Source of the DNA: Alphaproteobacteria bacterium
GTDB taxonomy: Bacteria; Pseudomonadota; Alphaproteobacteria; JAAXGF01
DNA: 64,000 nucleotides
Direction: 5' to 3'
Assembly (NCBI GenBank): GCA_963555825.3
Contig: CAUVXB020000002.1
Span: forward strand, 3,392,001-3,456,000
The translations under genes were made by a program, and so were the position numbers. Shown piece by piece: positions 52,339-64,000 of this stretch (the stretch's first letter is position 1; each line of letters starts with the position of its first letter). The notes under the pieces are model-generated. The model was given only the letters and a program-made list of their open reading frames with translations, did not search any database and was not told the origin of the DNA.

Positions 52339-53655
52339 TTATCCGACCAGAAACCTGACCGGCCACATAACGATCTCGGGGAACACCATGATGAGAATGA
52401 GCCCGATGAGCTGCAGCCCGCAAAACGGTATGGCGGCGCGGAATATGTCGCCCATCGAAATGTCCGACGGGGCAACCGACTTGAGGTAGAACATGGCCGC
52501 GCCCACGGGCGGCGACAGGTAGGCGATCTGCATGTTGACGTCGAATAGTATGCCGAACCAAATGAGATCGAATCCCAGATCCTTGACGATTGGAATCACC
52601 ACCGGGCCGGTGATCAGGAGGATGCCGAGCCAGTCCATGGGTACGCCCATGATGATGTAGAACACCTGGATCGCGATGAGGGTGCCCCACCGACCGAGCT
52701 GCAGATCGAGGATCGCATCGCCGATCATTTCGCCGCCGCCGGCCAGGGTAAAGACGCTGCTGAACGCCGTGACGGCGAAGAAAATCCACAGGATCATGCA
52801 GGTTGCGCGGGTCGTGCGATGGACCGCGTCCCTGACGTTCGGCCACGTAAGTTGGCGGTGGACGGCGGCGCTCAACAGGGCGCCGAGGGCGCCGACGCCG
52901 GCCGCCTCGGTGGGCGTCGCGACGCCTTGGAAGATCGAGCCGAGGACGGCCAACACGAGGATCAGCGGGAGGATCACGCCGCGCAGCGCCGCGATCTTTT
53001 GCCCGATAGGAACCGAACGTTCCTCGATCGGCGCCGGTGGCGCAAGGTGTGGCTGGAGATAGCTGCGGAGCAGGATGTAGCCGATATAGAGGCTGGCAAG
53101 AAGCAGCCCGGCGCCGAGCCCGCCGGCGAACAGCTTGCCGATGGAAACGTTAGCGACCAGGCCATAGACGATGAGCATCACCGCGGGCGGAATGAGCTGA
53201 CCCAGGCCGCCGCCGGCGAGGATGCAGCCGAGCGCCAGGCCCTTGCTGTAGCCGCGCTTCAGCATGGCCGGCAGGGCGATCATGCCCATCAGCACCTCGC
53301 CGGCGCCGACGATGCCGACCATGGCGGCGAGCACGGTGGTGGCGAGTATGGTGGTCACGGCGAGGGACCCGGGGACCGGACCGGTCCACACGTGGATCGC
53401 CGTGAACAATCGTTCGCCGATGCCCGAGCGCTCCAAGACGCTGGCCATGAAAATGAACAGCGGAATGGCCGCCAGGCTGAACTCGTTCATCTCGCTCCAG
53501 ACCTGGGAGACCACCAGGTAGAAGGCGTCCGGGCTCATCACCAAAAGGATGGTGATCACCGACATGGCGCCGCAGACGAAGGCGATCGGCACCCCGGCGA
53601 GGAGCAGGGTGATCAGCCCGCCGAACATCATGACGGAGATGACCTGAACGCTCAT
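52339..53655 (-). CDS. dctM: TRAP transporter large permease
   Basis: AIPLFIFM, GQLIPP, ATPTEAA, YLSPPVG. Confidence 0.93.
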   Translation of the reverse strand: MSVQVISVMMFGGLITLLLAGVPIAFVCGAMSVITILLVMSPDAFYLVVSQVWSEMNEFSLAAIPLFIFMASVLERSGIGERLFTAIHVWTGPVPGSLAVTTILATTVLAAMVGIVGAGEVLMGMIALPAMLKRGYSKGLALGCILAGGGLGQLIPPAVMLIVYGLVANVSIGKLFAGGLGAGLLLASLYIGYILLRSYLQPHLAPPAPIEERSVPIGQKIAALRGVILPLILVLAVLGSIFQGVATPTEAAGVGALGALLSAAVHRQLTWPNVRDAVHRTTRATCMILWIFFAVTAFSSVFTLAGGGEMIGDAILDLQLGRWGTLIAIQVFYIIMGVPMDWLGILLITGPVVIPIVKDLGFDLIWFGILFDVNMQIAYLSPPVGAAMFYLKSVAPSDISMGDIFRAAIPFCGLQLIGLILIMVFPEIVMWPVRFLVG

Positions 53656-54200
53656 AGCTCCTTGTCGACCTCCGCGGCGGCGCTGACAGACAGGCCTTCT
53701 CCCGTCACCAGAGCCCGGATGTCACGGGTGAACTGGGCCAGGCCTTGGAGCATGATGAGAAGCGCCCCCAACGGGACCATCAGCTTGAACGGCCACACCA
53801 GGGGATTCCATAGGGTCCCGGCGTGTTCGCCATCCATCATCGAATCCCACCAGAACTCCGTTCCGACCCACAGCAGGACGCCGATGTAGAGAACGAACAA
53901 CGGGAAATGCAGCACCACCCTGGTTATCGTCTGCCACCGCGGCGACAGCAGGTCGTAGAGGGTATCCACGCTAATATGGCCGCGCAGGAAATGGGTGTAG
54001 GCGCCGCCGATGATGTAGAGGGTACCGGCGAGCATGATGACAACGTCCGTCGACCATATGGTCGGAGCGTTGAAGGCGTACCGGGAGATGACCTCGAAGA
54101 CCATGACGCTGACGATCGGCAGGATGAGAAAGCCGATCGCTTTGCCCGACCACTCGCTGACGAAGTCGATGGCGGCGAGCAGCCGGTCGAGTGCCAACAT
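53652..54200 (-). CDS. dctQ: TRAP transporter small permease
   Basis: 4 TM; EVISRYAFNAPTIW, GHISVD. Confidence 0.92.
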   Translation of the reverse strand: MLALDRLLAAIDFVSEWSGKAIGFLILPIVSVMVFEVISRYAFNAPTIWSTDVVIMLAGTLYIIGGAYTHFLRGHISVDTLYDLLSPRWQTITRVVLHFPLFVLYIGVLLWVGTEFWWDSMMDGEHAGTLWNPLVWPFKLMVPLGALLIMLQGLAQFTRDIRALVTGEGLSVSAAAEVDKEL

Positions 54201-54282
54201 CGGTGTTACCGGATGCTAAATGAAAGAAGGGGGGCGGCCCCGCCGGCCTTCACCGAAAGGGCCGCTCCGTCCCTCGACAGTT

Positions 54283-55323
54283 CTAGTCTATTAGTCCGAG
54301 CTTCTTCATGAAGCTTACCTGGGATTCGAACATCCTCTTGGCCATCGGCGACTTGTCGCGCCAGATCCCCCAGGCTTCCCGCGCCATCACGCGGATCTGT
54401 TTCATGTCGTCTTCGGACCACACCACGTGCACGTTGCCGGCTTCGGCATACAACTGCAACGCCTCGGCATCGGCCAGGTACATGGTCTCCCACTGCTGAG
54501 TGGACCAACTGCGCGCGGCGGCCTCGACGATCGCCTGGAGATCGCCAGGCAGGGCATCCCATGCCTTTTGGTTGACGAAGAAGTCGTCGACGCCGACCGG
54601 GCTGTGGAACGACGGATAGAGGAACGAGTCGCTGACCTCGTGCATGCCGATGCCGTAATTGGCGGCAAGACCGGTCCACTCGCCGACGTCGATGACGCCC
54701 TTGTCCAGCGCCGTATAGACCTCGGACCCGGACATGTAGAGCGGCGAGCCGCCCATGGCGGCGAACAGATCCGTCGGGATACCGGGAATCGTCCGCACCT
54801 TGGGCGCCATCGCCCTGAATTCCGCGAGCGAACGCACCACGCCCTTGAAGTGGAGAGACTCGCCGGGACGCAGCGTCAGGGCGATCAGATGCACGCCTTG
54901 TTTGGCATAGAGTTCGCGCGCCAGCTCGATGCCGCCGCCGGTGTCGAGCCAGGCTTGGTACTGCCAGAAAATCTCAAAGCCGGCCGAGGCGTTGCGCACG
55001 AAGACGAAGCCCGGGTCCTTGCCGGTCCAGTATGCCGGCGACTGCTGAGCGCCCTCGAACGTGCCTGCGGCAACACCATCGAGCGCTTCCTTGTTCTTGA
55101 TGATGGAGTCCCCCGCGAACGGCTTGATGACCAGCCGGCCGCCACTCATTTCTTCCACCAACGGAACGAAGTAGTCCCTGAACACCGCATAGTCCGAGGT
55201 GCCGGCGGGGAACAGCGACTGGATTTTCCATACAATGGTCTCGGCCGCGGAAACTTGCGGCGTCGCGAGTGCGATGACGAGCCCCAACGCGAGAGCAGGT
55301 AAAATTGTGAAACGTGCTTTCAT
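54283..55323 (-). CDS. dctP: TRAP transporter substrate-binding protein
   Basis: Signal peptide; WKIQS, EMSGGRL, EVYTALDKGVIDVGE. Confidence 0.92.
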   Translation of the reverse strand: MKARFTILPALALGLVIALATPQVSAAETIVWKIQSLFPAGTSDYAVFRDYFVPLVEEMSGGRLVIKPFAGDSIIKNKEALDGVAAGTFEGAQQSPAYWTGKDPGFVFVRNASAGFEIFWQYQAWLDTGGGIELARELYAKQGVHLIALTLRPGESLHFKGVVRSLAEFRAMAPKVRTIPGIPTDLFAAMGGSPLYMSGSEVYTALDKGVIDVGEWTGLAANYGIGMHEVSDSFLYPSFHSPVGVDDFFVNQKAWDALPGDLQAIVEAAARSWSTQQWETMYLADAEALQLYAEAGNVHVVWSEDDMKQIRVMAREAWGIWRDKSPMAKRMFESQVSFMKKLGLID

Positions 55324-55643
55324 CGTATGCCTCCCTTTCAGATACGAATTAGCAACGCAGTCAGTATGACGCTATCGAGCGTCATTCACAATGTGTGAAA
55401 GACGGTGCAAAAATTGCCACCAGAGCGGCCGCTAGATTTGACTGCGGCGGCATACAAATACATCGGGTATGGCATTCAATCAGTTTGTGGCTGACTGCGG
55501 GTCGGGGGGATGTGTCGAACGGAGCTTTACGCGCGGCTTCGGCGGGCGCGCGTGTCGTCATGCCAGGGCTTCGGTCTGAGTCGCTTGATGCAATCCCCAT
55601 CGAAACGCCGTCCACCCCGGTCTACAAATGTCCGTTTCTGGCC

Positions 55644-55803
55644 GAGGCTGTTGAAAAAGTCCCGAAACATCCATTTTGAGCCTGAATTGCCAATTCTCCG
55701 AAATCGGTGTTTTCCTAAGCCTTTGATTTCATTGAAATCGAATTCTCATTGGTTCCGGGAATTTGGCGAGTTTGGTTCCGCAACCGACTTTTTCAACAGC
55801 CTC
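55644..55803. mobile_element. 160-bp MITE (IS1182/IS5-like ends)
   Basis: Perfect 18-bp TIR GAGGCTGTTGAAAAAGTC; flanks GGCC/GGCT. Confidence 0.8.
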
Positions 55804-55894
55804 GGCTACGAGCAGACCTTGGAGAGGCTGAACCGCGAGGTCCGCTTTCCGCTCCAGAGCGGACGCCGTACGCCTCGGTCGACCGGACGATGAA

Positions 55895-56678
55895 CTAGCC
55901 CGGACGCCGGGCGCGGAAGTGGCCGTGTCTTAAACCGCCGCTCTCGAGCGCCCGTAGGCGGATGCCGCTGGCCTCGATGCGGACGGTGAACATCTCGTCG
56001 CCCAAGGCCTGCTTCAGCCCCGTCGAAGCGGGACTCGCCAGAAACTCGGTTTCGCGGCGGGTCGCTCGTATCGTGGTGGCGCTGTTGTCGCGGTGCTCGA
56101 CCGGGTCGAACCCCGCCGCGGCCAGGCCGGCCGCATAGACCGACCTTGGCTCGAACCAGAAGGTCAGGCCGTAATCCGCGATCTTCGTTACATAGTCGTC
56201 GAGGTCGACCGCGCCCGCGCCGTCCCCCTCGCCCAGGAAGTCGGTGCAGAGGAACTGGCCGCCGGGCCTCAGCACGCGGAAGGCCTCGGCGAAGAAAGGC
56301 GCCTTGTCGGCCATGTGGCAGGCGACGTCCTTGCAGAACACCGCATCGAAGCGCGCGTCCGACAGCGGCAGCGGCCCCGGTGTCACTTCCATCAGCGTCA
56401 CCCGGTCGGCCAGGCCCGCCGCCGCCACCTTGGCGGCCGTGCGGGCGATTGAATCGGCCTCGACGTCGACCCCGGTGACGTGGCCGGCGCCGTAGTCGCG
56501 CGCCAGCATGAGCGTCGCCGATGCCGCAGCCGAGGTCGAGCACGTCATGACCGGCGATCTCGATACCGTCGAGCATCTCGTGCACCTCGACCGCCCCGCC
56601 GGGCGACAGGAAGCCATCGCCGAAGAGCTTCTCCATACCCTCGATAACGGCGTCGCCGTACTGGTTCTGCTTGCTCAT
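55895..56678 (-). pseudogene. Class I SAM-dependent methyltransferase, frameshifted near 56517
   Basis: FLSPGG…VLDLGCGIG in one frame; ATLMLARDYG…FRVLRPGG in another. Confidence 0.82.
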
Positions 56679-56730
56679 GAGTCCACCGCCTCCCGCTCGT
56701 CAGCAGACGTTAGCGTCCGGAAAATCCGAA

Positions 56731-57450
56731 GGGGCTGTCCTAGCTAAGCGGCATGCTTAGGCTAGGATGGCGGGATGTACGAGAGGAAAAGCCGGCTCAG
56801 TGATTGGAGGCGCGGTCGTCTGATTGAGCACTTCGTTGCGGGTACGACGGCTCGGGCAGCAGCCGAACTGGTTGGCGTCCACCGGAACACGGCGGCCTCG
56901 TTTTATACTCGGCTTCGCAAGGTGATTGCCGAGGAAATGGAGAAGGCCTCGCCTTTTGCCGGAGAGATCGAGGTTGATGAGAGTTATTTTGGCGGCCGCC
57001 GCAAAGGCAAGCGGGGTCGAGGCGCTGGCGGAAAAGTCCCGGTTTTCGGGCTTTTGAAGCGAGGTGGGAAGGTCTACACGGCGATGATTCCCAATGCCCG
57101 GACTGCCACGTTGATGCCGATTATGGAGCGTATGATCCGGCCTGACAGCATCGTCTATACGGACGGCTTTTCGAGCTATGATGCCCTGGACGTTTCGGAC
57201 TTCCACCATGTTCGGATCAATCACTCGGAGCGGTTCGTCGACGAGCGGAGCCATATCAACGGGATCGAGAACTTCTGGAACCAGGCGAAGCGGCATTTAC
57301 GGCGCTTCAATGGCGTCCCGAAACAGAGCTTTCACCTGTTCCTCAAGGAGTGCGAATGGCGGTTCAACGGAGGTGACCACCGAGAACTGCTTAACCAATT
57401 GAAGACATGGATTATTTTGAGACAGAAACGCCCTTAGCTAGGACAGCCCG
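56731..57450 (+). mobile_element. IS1595-family (IS1016-like) element, copy 2, transposase 56775-57437
   Basis: 720 bp, near-identical to 34028-34747; 8-bp TSD AATCCGAA. Confidence 0.95.
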
Positions 57451-57800
57451 AATCCGAATTCCAGGGGTGTCTGGTTCCCGCGACCTAATTGCCGCGATCA
57501 AGGCTCGACTGTCCGACGCGCTTGGAGCCGAGCTGACAATGCTCCTCGATGGCTTCGCGATCTTCGCCGGAAGCTCTCGACACCGAATTCGCTACGGTTA
57601 TGGGCTTGTTGAACGTACTCTCCGGGGAATCTCGATCGCGAAGGTACTCGCCCGCTAGGCGGGAGGGTTGGTGATGGATGCAGGTCGGATCGTCGATTCG
57701 GGTCGTTAGCCGATCGCCGATATCGATGATGCCCCGGCCCGCGCGTTGATCGACGCCTGTCGCCGGAATCTCGATGAACAGCCCTTTGCACCCTAAGATC

Positions 57801-57890
57801 GGCGATCCGGGCCGCACGGACGCTGATAACCGTCTGTTTGTGAACGGCGTTTTGTGGGTGCTGCGCTCGGGTGCCCGGTGGTCCGATCTG
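57801..57890 (+). pseudogene. IS5-family transposase N-terminal scrap
   Basis: [30 protein letters not shown]. Confidence 0.7.
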
Positions 57891-57935
57891 GCCGGTCGGC
57901 GCCGCCATCGTCTAGCGCGCGGCGGCCCAGACCGT

Positions 57936-57989
57936 CCATGGTGATAAATCCGGCCATGGTGAGAAATCCGGCCATGGTGATAAATTCGG
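57936..57989. repeat. 3 x 18-bp tandem repeat
   Basis: CCATGGTGATAAATCCGG / CCATGGTGAGAAATCCGG / CCATGGTGATAAATTCGG. Confidence 0.9.
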
Positions 57990-58070
57990 GCTGGCCCGGC
58001 GCAGGCCGCCACGCGGCGGTCGCTTCGTGTTAGGATAGGCCGACGATCGACCACCAAAGGGCTGCAAGAG

Positions 58071-58493
58071 ATGACCGATTTCATTAGCGCCGCCAAGGCC
58101 GGCGACGTCGCCGTTGGTGTCATGAAGGCCGTCGTGATCGACGGCGCCGATATCGCCATCGCCAACGTCGGCGGCGACTACTTCGCTTTCGCGGACCGTT
58201 GCACCTGCGTGCCCCAGTTCGCCGGGCACACTGACGTCGAGAGCGGCGACGGGCACCAGCATCTGGGCGAGCGCGTGCACCTGTCGGACGGCACGCTCGA
58301 CGGCGACCGGGTGACTTGCCCGCAGCATTCGACCGTCTACAGCGTGAAGACCGGCAAGCCGCTCGGCGGGCCCGGCGAGATCCCGCTCAACACTTACGAG
58401 ATGCACGTCGAGGGCGGCGAGCTGCTGGTCGCGGCGATGCCCGACGCCTTGCGCCACTTCGTCAACGATCCCGGCAACCGCGAGCGCCCCTAA
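58071..58493 (+). CDS. Rieske-type ferredoxin with an atypical first motif
   Basis: IAIANVGGDYFAFADRCTC…HLSDGTLDGDRVTCPQHSTVYSVKTGKPLGGP. Confidence 0.85.
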   Translation: MTDFISAAKAGDVAVGVMKAVVIDGADIAIANVGGDYFAFADRCTCVPQFAGHTDVESGDGHQHLGERVHLSDGTLDGDRVTCPQHSTVYSVKTGKPLGGPGEIPLNTYEMHVEGGELLVAAMPDALRHFVNDPGNRERP

Positions 58494-59005
58494 GACGCCG
58501 CCGTCTGCCCGGCGCCCATCGTTGATGCGAGAGCCTCCGCCGCCGTCCGCTGACGCGACGCCCCGACATTGCGAGGAATGTCATGAACGGCGCGGAAAGC
58601 CTGGTTAGAACGCGGGTCGCTCACTATTCCAGTCCCGCCTTGCGCAGGCCGTCGAGGTAGGACGCGAGGCCGCCCGTGCCACGGCAGTCCCCCCGGTCCG
58701 TTTCGATGATGGTTTGCAGTCTATGGAACACGGTTAACCGAGTCTAACGCCGAGACTCGAGCCGCTTTCCCGGTCGTCGAGGTTTCACCGCGATGCCGCG
58801 ATGATCGAAAGCTCGTGACCGGCCCGATCGAACACGCCCGGCCAATCGCCAGGGAGCTCTCGGCGAATCAGCCGCATTGTCGGATACCAGGGGCTGTCGT
58901 CGCGATCTTCGCCTTGATGGTCTTCAAACCGGCGTGACGGCCATGGTTGCGCTCGGACTGCGCCGCCCCTATGGTCGCGCCGCCCGTTAGCATAGCCCCC
59001 ATATC

Positions 59006-60808
<1,803 letters not shown>

Positions 60809-60818
60809 GCGTGTCGAC

Positions 60819-61151
60819 CTAGCGGCGCCGACGCCTCCGACGGCGCCTGCGGCGCAGGTGGCAGAGCCAGACCAGCAGGCCGCCGGGCACGCCGAGGACG
60901 AGCCAGGCGGGCAGGCTGAGCAAGGGCACGATGACGTCGGTCCAGAGCGCCGGGCTGATCGATTTTTCGACGAAGGCGCCGAAGCCGACCAGGCTGTTGG
61001 CGTGGATCAAGCTCCACGGCTCGGCGAAGGGGATCGACTGGTAGACGCCTTCGCTCCAATAGCGCGCCAACTCGGCGCCGAACGCGACCAGCGCGGCGAT
61101 GCACAACAGCCAGCCGATGACACCGCCGATCTTCCTTAATCTTGCGCGCAC
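60819..61151 (-). CDS. Small membrane protein with an Arg-rich C-terminus
   Basis: Two hydrophobic segments; convergent with lepA. Confidence 0.6.
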   Translation of the reverse strand: MRARLRKIGGVIGWLLCIAALVAFGAELARYWSEGVYQSIPFAEPWSLIHANSLVGFGAFVEKSISPALWTDVIVPLLSLPAWLVLGVPGGLLVWLCHLRRRRRRRRRRR

Positions 61152-61243
61152 CGCCGCCCCCCGATCGCAGCCGTGCAGCCACCCTAGCGTATGGCTGCAT
61201 GCTCCGCTATACAGACCGGCGCAACGCCGCCGTTGGCGCGACA

Positions 61244-61331
61244 GGAGGGATGGCCGAGTGGTTTAAGGCGCACGCCTGGAAAGCGTGTTCACCGAAAGGT
61301 GTCCGGGGTTCGAATCCCCGTCCCTCCGCCA
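61244..61331 (+). tRNA. tRNA-Ser (GGA)
   Basis: GGAGGGA/TCCCTCC acceptor stem, CACGC-CTGGAAA-GCGTG anticodon arm, long variable arm, GTTCGAATC, encoded CCA. Confidence 0.97.
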
Positions 61332-61614
61332 CATCTAAGTAGTTAATATTACGTCACTTTTAGGAATTCTCGATATCTTGGGAATCTTCGCGTAGTTTCC
61401 GCGAGTTAGGCCGACAGCGCAGTCCAGCTGTGGTTTAGTGAGACCGGAGAGGTGCCGCAAACGGGCGGCTGACTGCGCCGAAGTCTCTTACGCCAGTTTT
61501 GGTGGTGCCCCAAGTGGCCCGCTGCGGGCACCGCGGAGCCTCATCCCATCCGGAAGTACGGCGTGATTTGCTAGGCAGGCGAGAGGCGTTGGGTTGCTTT
61601 CGGAATAGCGCCCG

Positions 61615-62583
61615 TCAAGTGATCCCGAGGACCGAGATCTGGTCCTGCCAAACGCTCGGCAGCTTGGTACGCAGTGAGAGCTGTTTTGCCGTGAGTTCAG
61701 GAGGGTGGCGATCGCGCAACACCGCCTTCACGATATCCGGGGCGAGAAAGCCGAGCCTGACGGTGCGGCAGAAGTAGGGACGCCCGACACCGGCTTGCCG
61801 CGCGAGATCGCTCATCGTGCTACCTTGGGCTTCGAGCATCATCTCGCGATAGCGATGCGCCTGGGCGAGGAGCCGCAGCATGCTGCGGTCCGGTGTTCTC
61901 CGCGACCGGTCGCCCGCACCGTCAATCAGCAACTTGATCTCCATGCCCGCCCGCTTCAGCTTTGCGGAGACGTCGAGGTCGAGCGTCGGCTCGACATCTG
62001 CCGCCGCCTGGTCGATCCGCATCATCTCGCTGTTGGCAATCACGACCTCCGGGATTCGGCTAGGTCGAACCCGAATCTTCACGCTCTCGCGCCGGACCTC
62101 GATCCGCGCGACAAGGGTCTGGAATATCCGACGCTTCTCCGGCGGCTCCAGGTTCGGCCAGCGCCCGGCAATATCCGCGGACTGGGTGAAGATCGATCGA
62201 CGCTCATTGACATCCTCGACGAAGGGTTCGATCGCGTCGAAGACCGCTGCTTCGTCACGTAGGAATCCAGTGATGCGCTCCGTCACCAATTGCTCGACGT
62301 CGCCCGCCGGAACCCGTCGCCCCGCATCCGACCTTTTTGGCCGCCCACGTTTGATGAGCGATTGGCTGACATAGTAGCGATAGCGGCGTCCCTTCTTGTT
62401 GGCGTGGGTCGGCGTCATCCGCTCGCCGACATCGTCGTAGATCAGACCGGCGAGCAGGCTCGGCTCGGCGGCATTGGCGCCGGATTGGCGCTCGACGCGA
62501 TTGGCGGCGAGCCGCTGCTGGACTTGGTTCCAGAGCGCCTCATCGATGATCGCCGCATGCTTGCCCGGGTAGCTCGTCTCCTT
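61615..62583 (-). pseudogene. Large serine recombinase, C-terminal portion, interrupted by IS110
   Basis: YPGKHAAIIDEALWNQVQ, SLLAGLIYD…MTPTHANKKGRRYRYYVS; points toward the tRNA 3' end. Confidence 0.8.
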
Positions 62584-64000
62584 ATATGAGGCGTTTGCTG
62601 TCAAGGTGGATTTAATCTACGCCACATGATCGTCTCTTCCATTGGTTATGGCTTTGTATCCAGGGCGGGTCTTGCGATGAGTTCCGTGTTTCGTGCGAGT
62701 GATCGCATCACCTTATATCCGGCAGCTCCGATCCGGCTTGCCACAATGCTGTATACATGGACCATCACAGGACGGGGATGGGACTAATCTTGTGGACGGC
62801 ACCTTCGCCAAGGAGACATGCAGTCACACATCCAACCTGCCAACAAGCGTTCCCATCGGGGAATGAAGCCCGTTAGAACGCTGAGCTGATCCGCAGTCCT
62901 ATTTGACGACAGCACCCACCGGGATCAGCCCGGTTTCCAGATACCGCCAAAGCGCGATCGCCAGTTTGCGGGCCAGGGCGACGATCATGACGCGCCTGAT
63001 GCGCCCCTTCTGACCTTGGGTGCGGTCATGGAACCACTGGGTCAGAGCGCTATCGGGTTGATGGCGGACCCAAAGCCATGCGGCTTCGATCATGGCAACC
63101 CGTGCCAGCCGATTGCCCGCCTTGGAGATGCCTTGGCTGCGGCGCCCGTCGCCGCTGTCATAGGCACTGGGCGTGATCCCGATATAGCTTGCCACCTGTC
63201 GGCGATTGGCGAACTGGCGATAATAGACTTCCCGTGCGAGCGTCGTGGATAAGGCCGGGCCGAGGCCCTTTAAGCGCAGCAGCTGGTGACGCTTGCTTTC
63301 CGTGGCCACACACGGTGTCGGCGCTTGATCACGCTCACGCTCGACCTCGACGATCTGCGCTTGGACCTGGGCCAGTCTCGCGATCTCCCGCGCGATCTCG
63401 CGGCCGAGACGGTCCGGCAGGGGTCGGCCGTCTCCGGTGACCAGCGCCGCCGGTGTCAAGGTCTTGTAGCGCGCCTTGACATTGATGCCGCGAATGCCCT
63501 GACCGAATAGCAGACCCTTGATCCGGTTGATGTGGGCGGTTCGCTCGCGGACCAATCGGTCACGTTCCCGATGAGAGCGGCGAAGGTCCTCCTCCGCGAC
63601 GCTCGGAATCACCACCATGGAGCAGACATGACGCTCGCCGCGGCACCAGGCGATCAGCGTATGAAGAATATTCTCGACATCGATGCGGTCGGTCTTCACC
63701 CGCCGCGCCCGGCGGTTGACCCGCAAGCTGGCCGGCTCCATGACCAGACACTCGATGCCGCGCTGCTCGAGGAACCGCGCCAACCAGAAGCCGTCGTAGC
63801 CGGCCTCGTAGCACAGCGTTATCGTCGGCGTTCGACCCGTCACCTTGACCACCCGGTCCCGCGCCGCGTCCAGCTTGGCCATCAGTCCTTCAGCGTCGCC
63901 GCCCTTGATCGGATGCAAGCTCGGATTGCCCCGCCCCGGAGCCTGGATCGCCAAAAGCCAGCTGTTCTTGCTCAACTCCAGTGCCGCATAAATAGCGTGT
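62584..64000 (-). mobile_element. IS110-family element with a ~315-nt 3' non-coding end; runs off the window
   Basis: Non-coding 62584-62898 between the transposase stop and the recombinase junction. Confidence 0.88.
62899..64000 (-). CDS. IS110 transposase (5' end outside the window)
   Basis: ALELSK, CYEAGYDGFW, KTDRID, GITPSAYDSG, ISKAGN, VALARKL. Confidence 0.93.
   Translation of the reverse strand, partial: HAIYAALELSKNSWLLAIQAPGRGNPSLHPIKGGDAEGLMAKLDAARDRVVKVTGRTPTITLCYEAGYDGFWLARFLEQRGIECLVMEPASLRVNRRARRVKTDRIDVENILHTLIAWCRGERHVCSMVVIPSVAEEDLRRSHRERDRLVRERTAHINRIKGLLFGQGIRGINVKARYKTLTPAALVTGDGRPLPDRLGREIAREIARLAQVQAQIVEVERERDQAPTPCVATESKRHQLLRLKGLGPALSTTLAREVYYRQFANRRQVASYIGITPSAYDSGDGRRSQGISKAGNRLARVAMIEAAWLWVRHQPDSALTQWFHDRTQGQKGRIRRVMIVALARKLAIALWRYLETGLIPVGAVVK

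Noticed and set aside
57936-57989. Possible CRISPR array
   Set aside because: Contiguous 18-bp units, no spacers, no cas genes.
60819-60860. Poly-Arg tail as a special signal
   Set aside because: Basic tails after a TM helix are common; no further support.

Overview
GC-rich alphaproteobacterial (Rhodospirillales-like) chromosome segment undergoing heavy insertion-sequence expansion. Bases 1-32 kb are mostly nested ISs (IS1595, IS256, IS1380, IS1182, IS3, IS21, IS30, IS1202, IS110, IS630, plus IS481 and IS5 scraps). Within them survive a coiled-coil OmpA/MotB-domain gene, a coiled-coil LysM gene and a tandem pair of tyrosine integrases. Bases 32-61 kb hold an ABC family-5 binding protein, DMT/YafY, rpmI-rplT-pheS-pheT, a toxin-antitoxin cluster, hydantoinase and ATC-hydrolase-like genes, a TRAP transporter, an atypical Rieske ferredoxin, lepA and tRNA-Ser(GGA), still peppered with ISs. 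A serine-recombinase island interrupted by an IS110 begins after the tRNA. Many IS ends and target-site duplications (TSDs) were read directly from the sequence. Most interesting: (1) an IS110 whose non-coding end carries a 10/11 copy of its own insertion site, which is the conserved HHSDR codon stretch of an IS3 transposase (a candidate bridge RNA programmed against another IS family); (2) an IS30 hitting the same motif, giving a chimeric IS3; (3) an IS3-like element making 14-bp quasi-palindromic TSDs in both copies; (4) a second IS110 with target- and junction-matching 8-mers in its 3' non-coding end. Family assignments come from motif recognition, not database searches.
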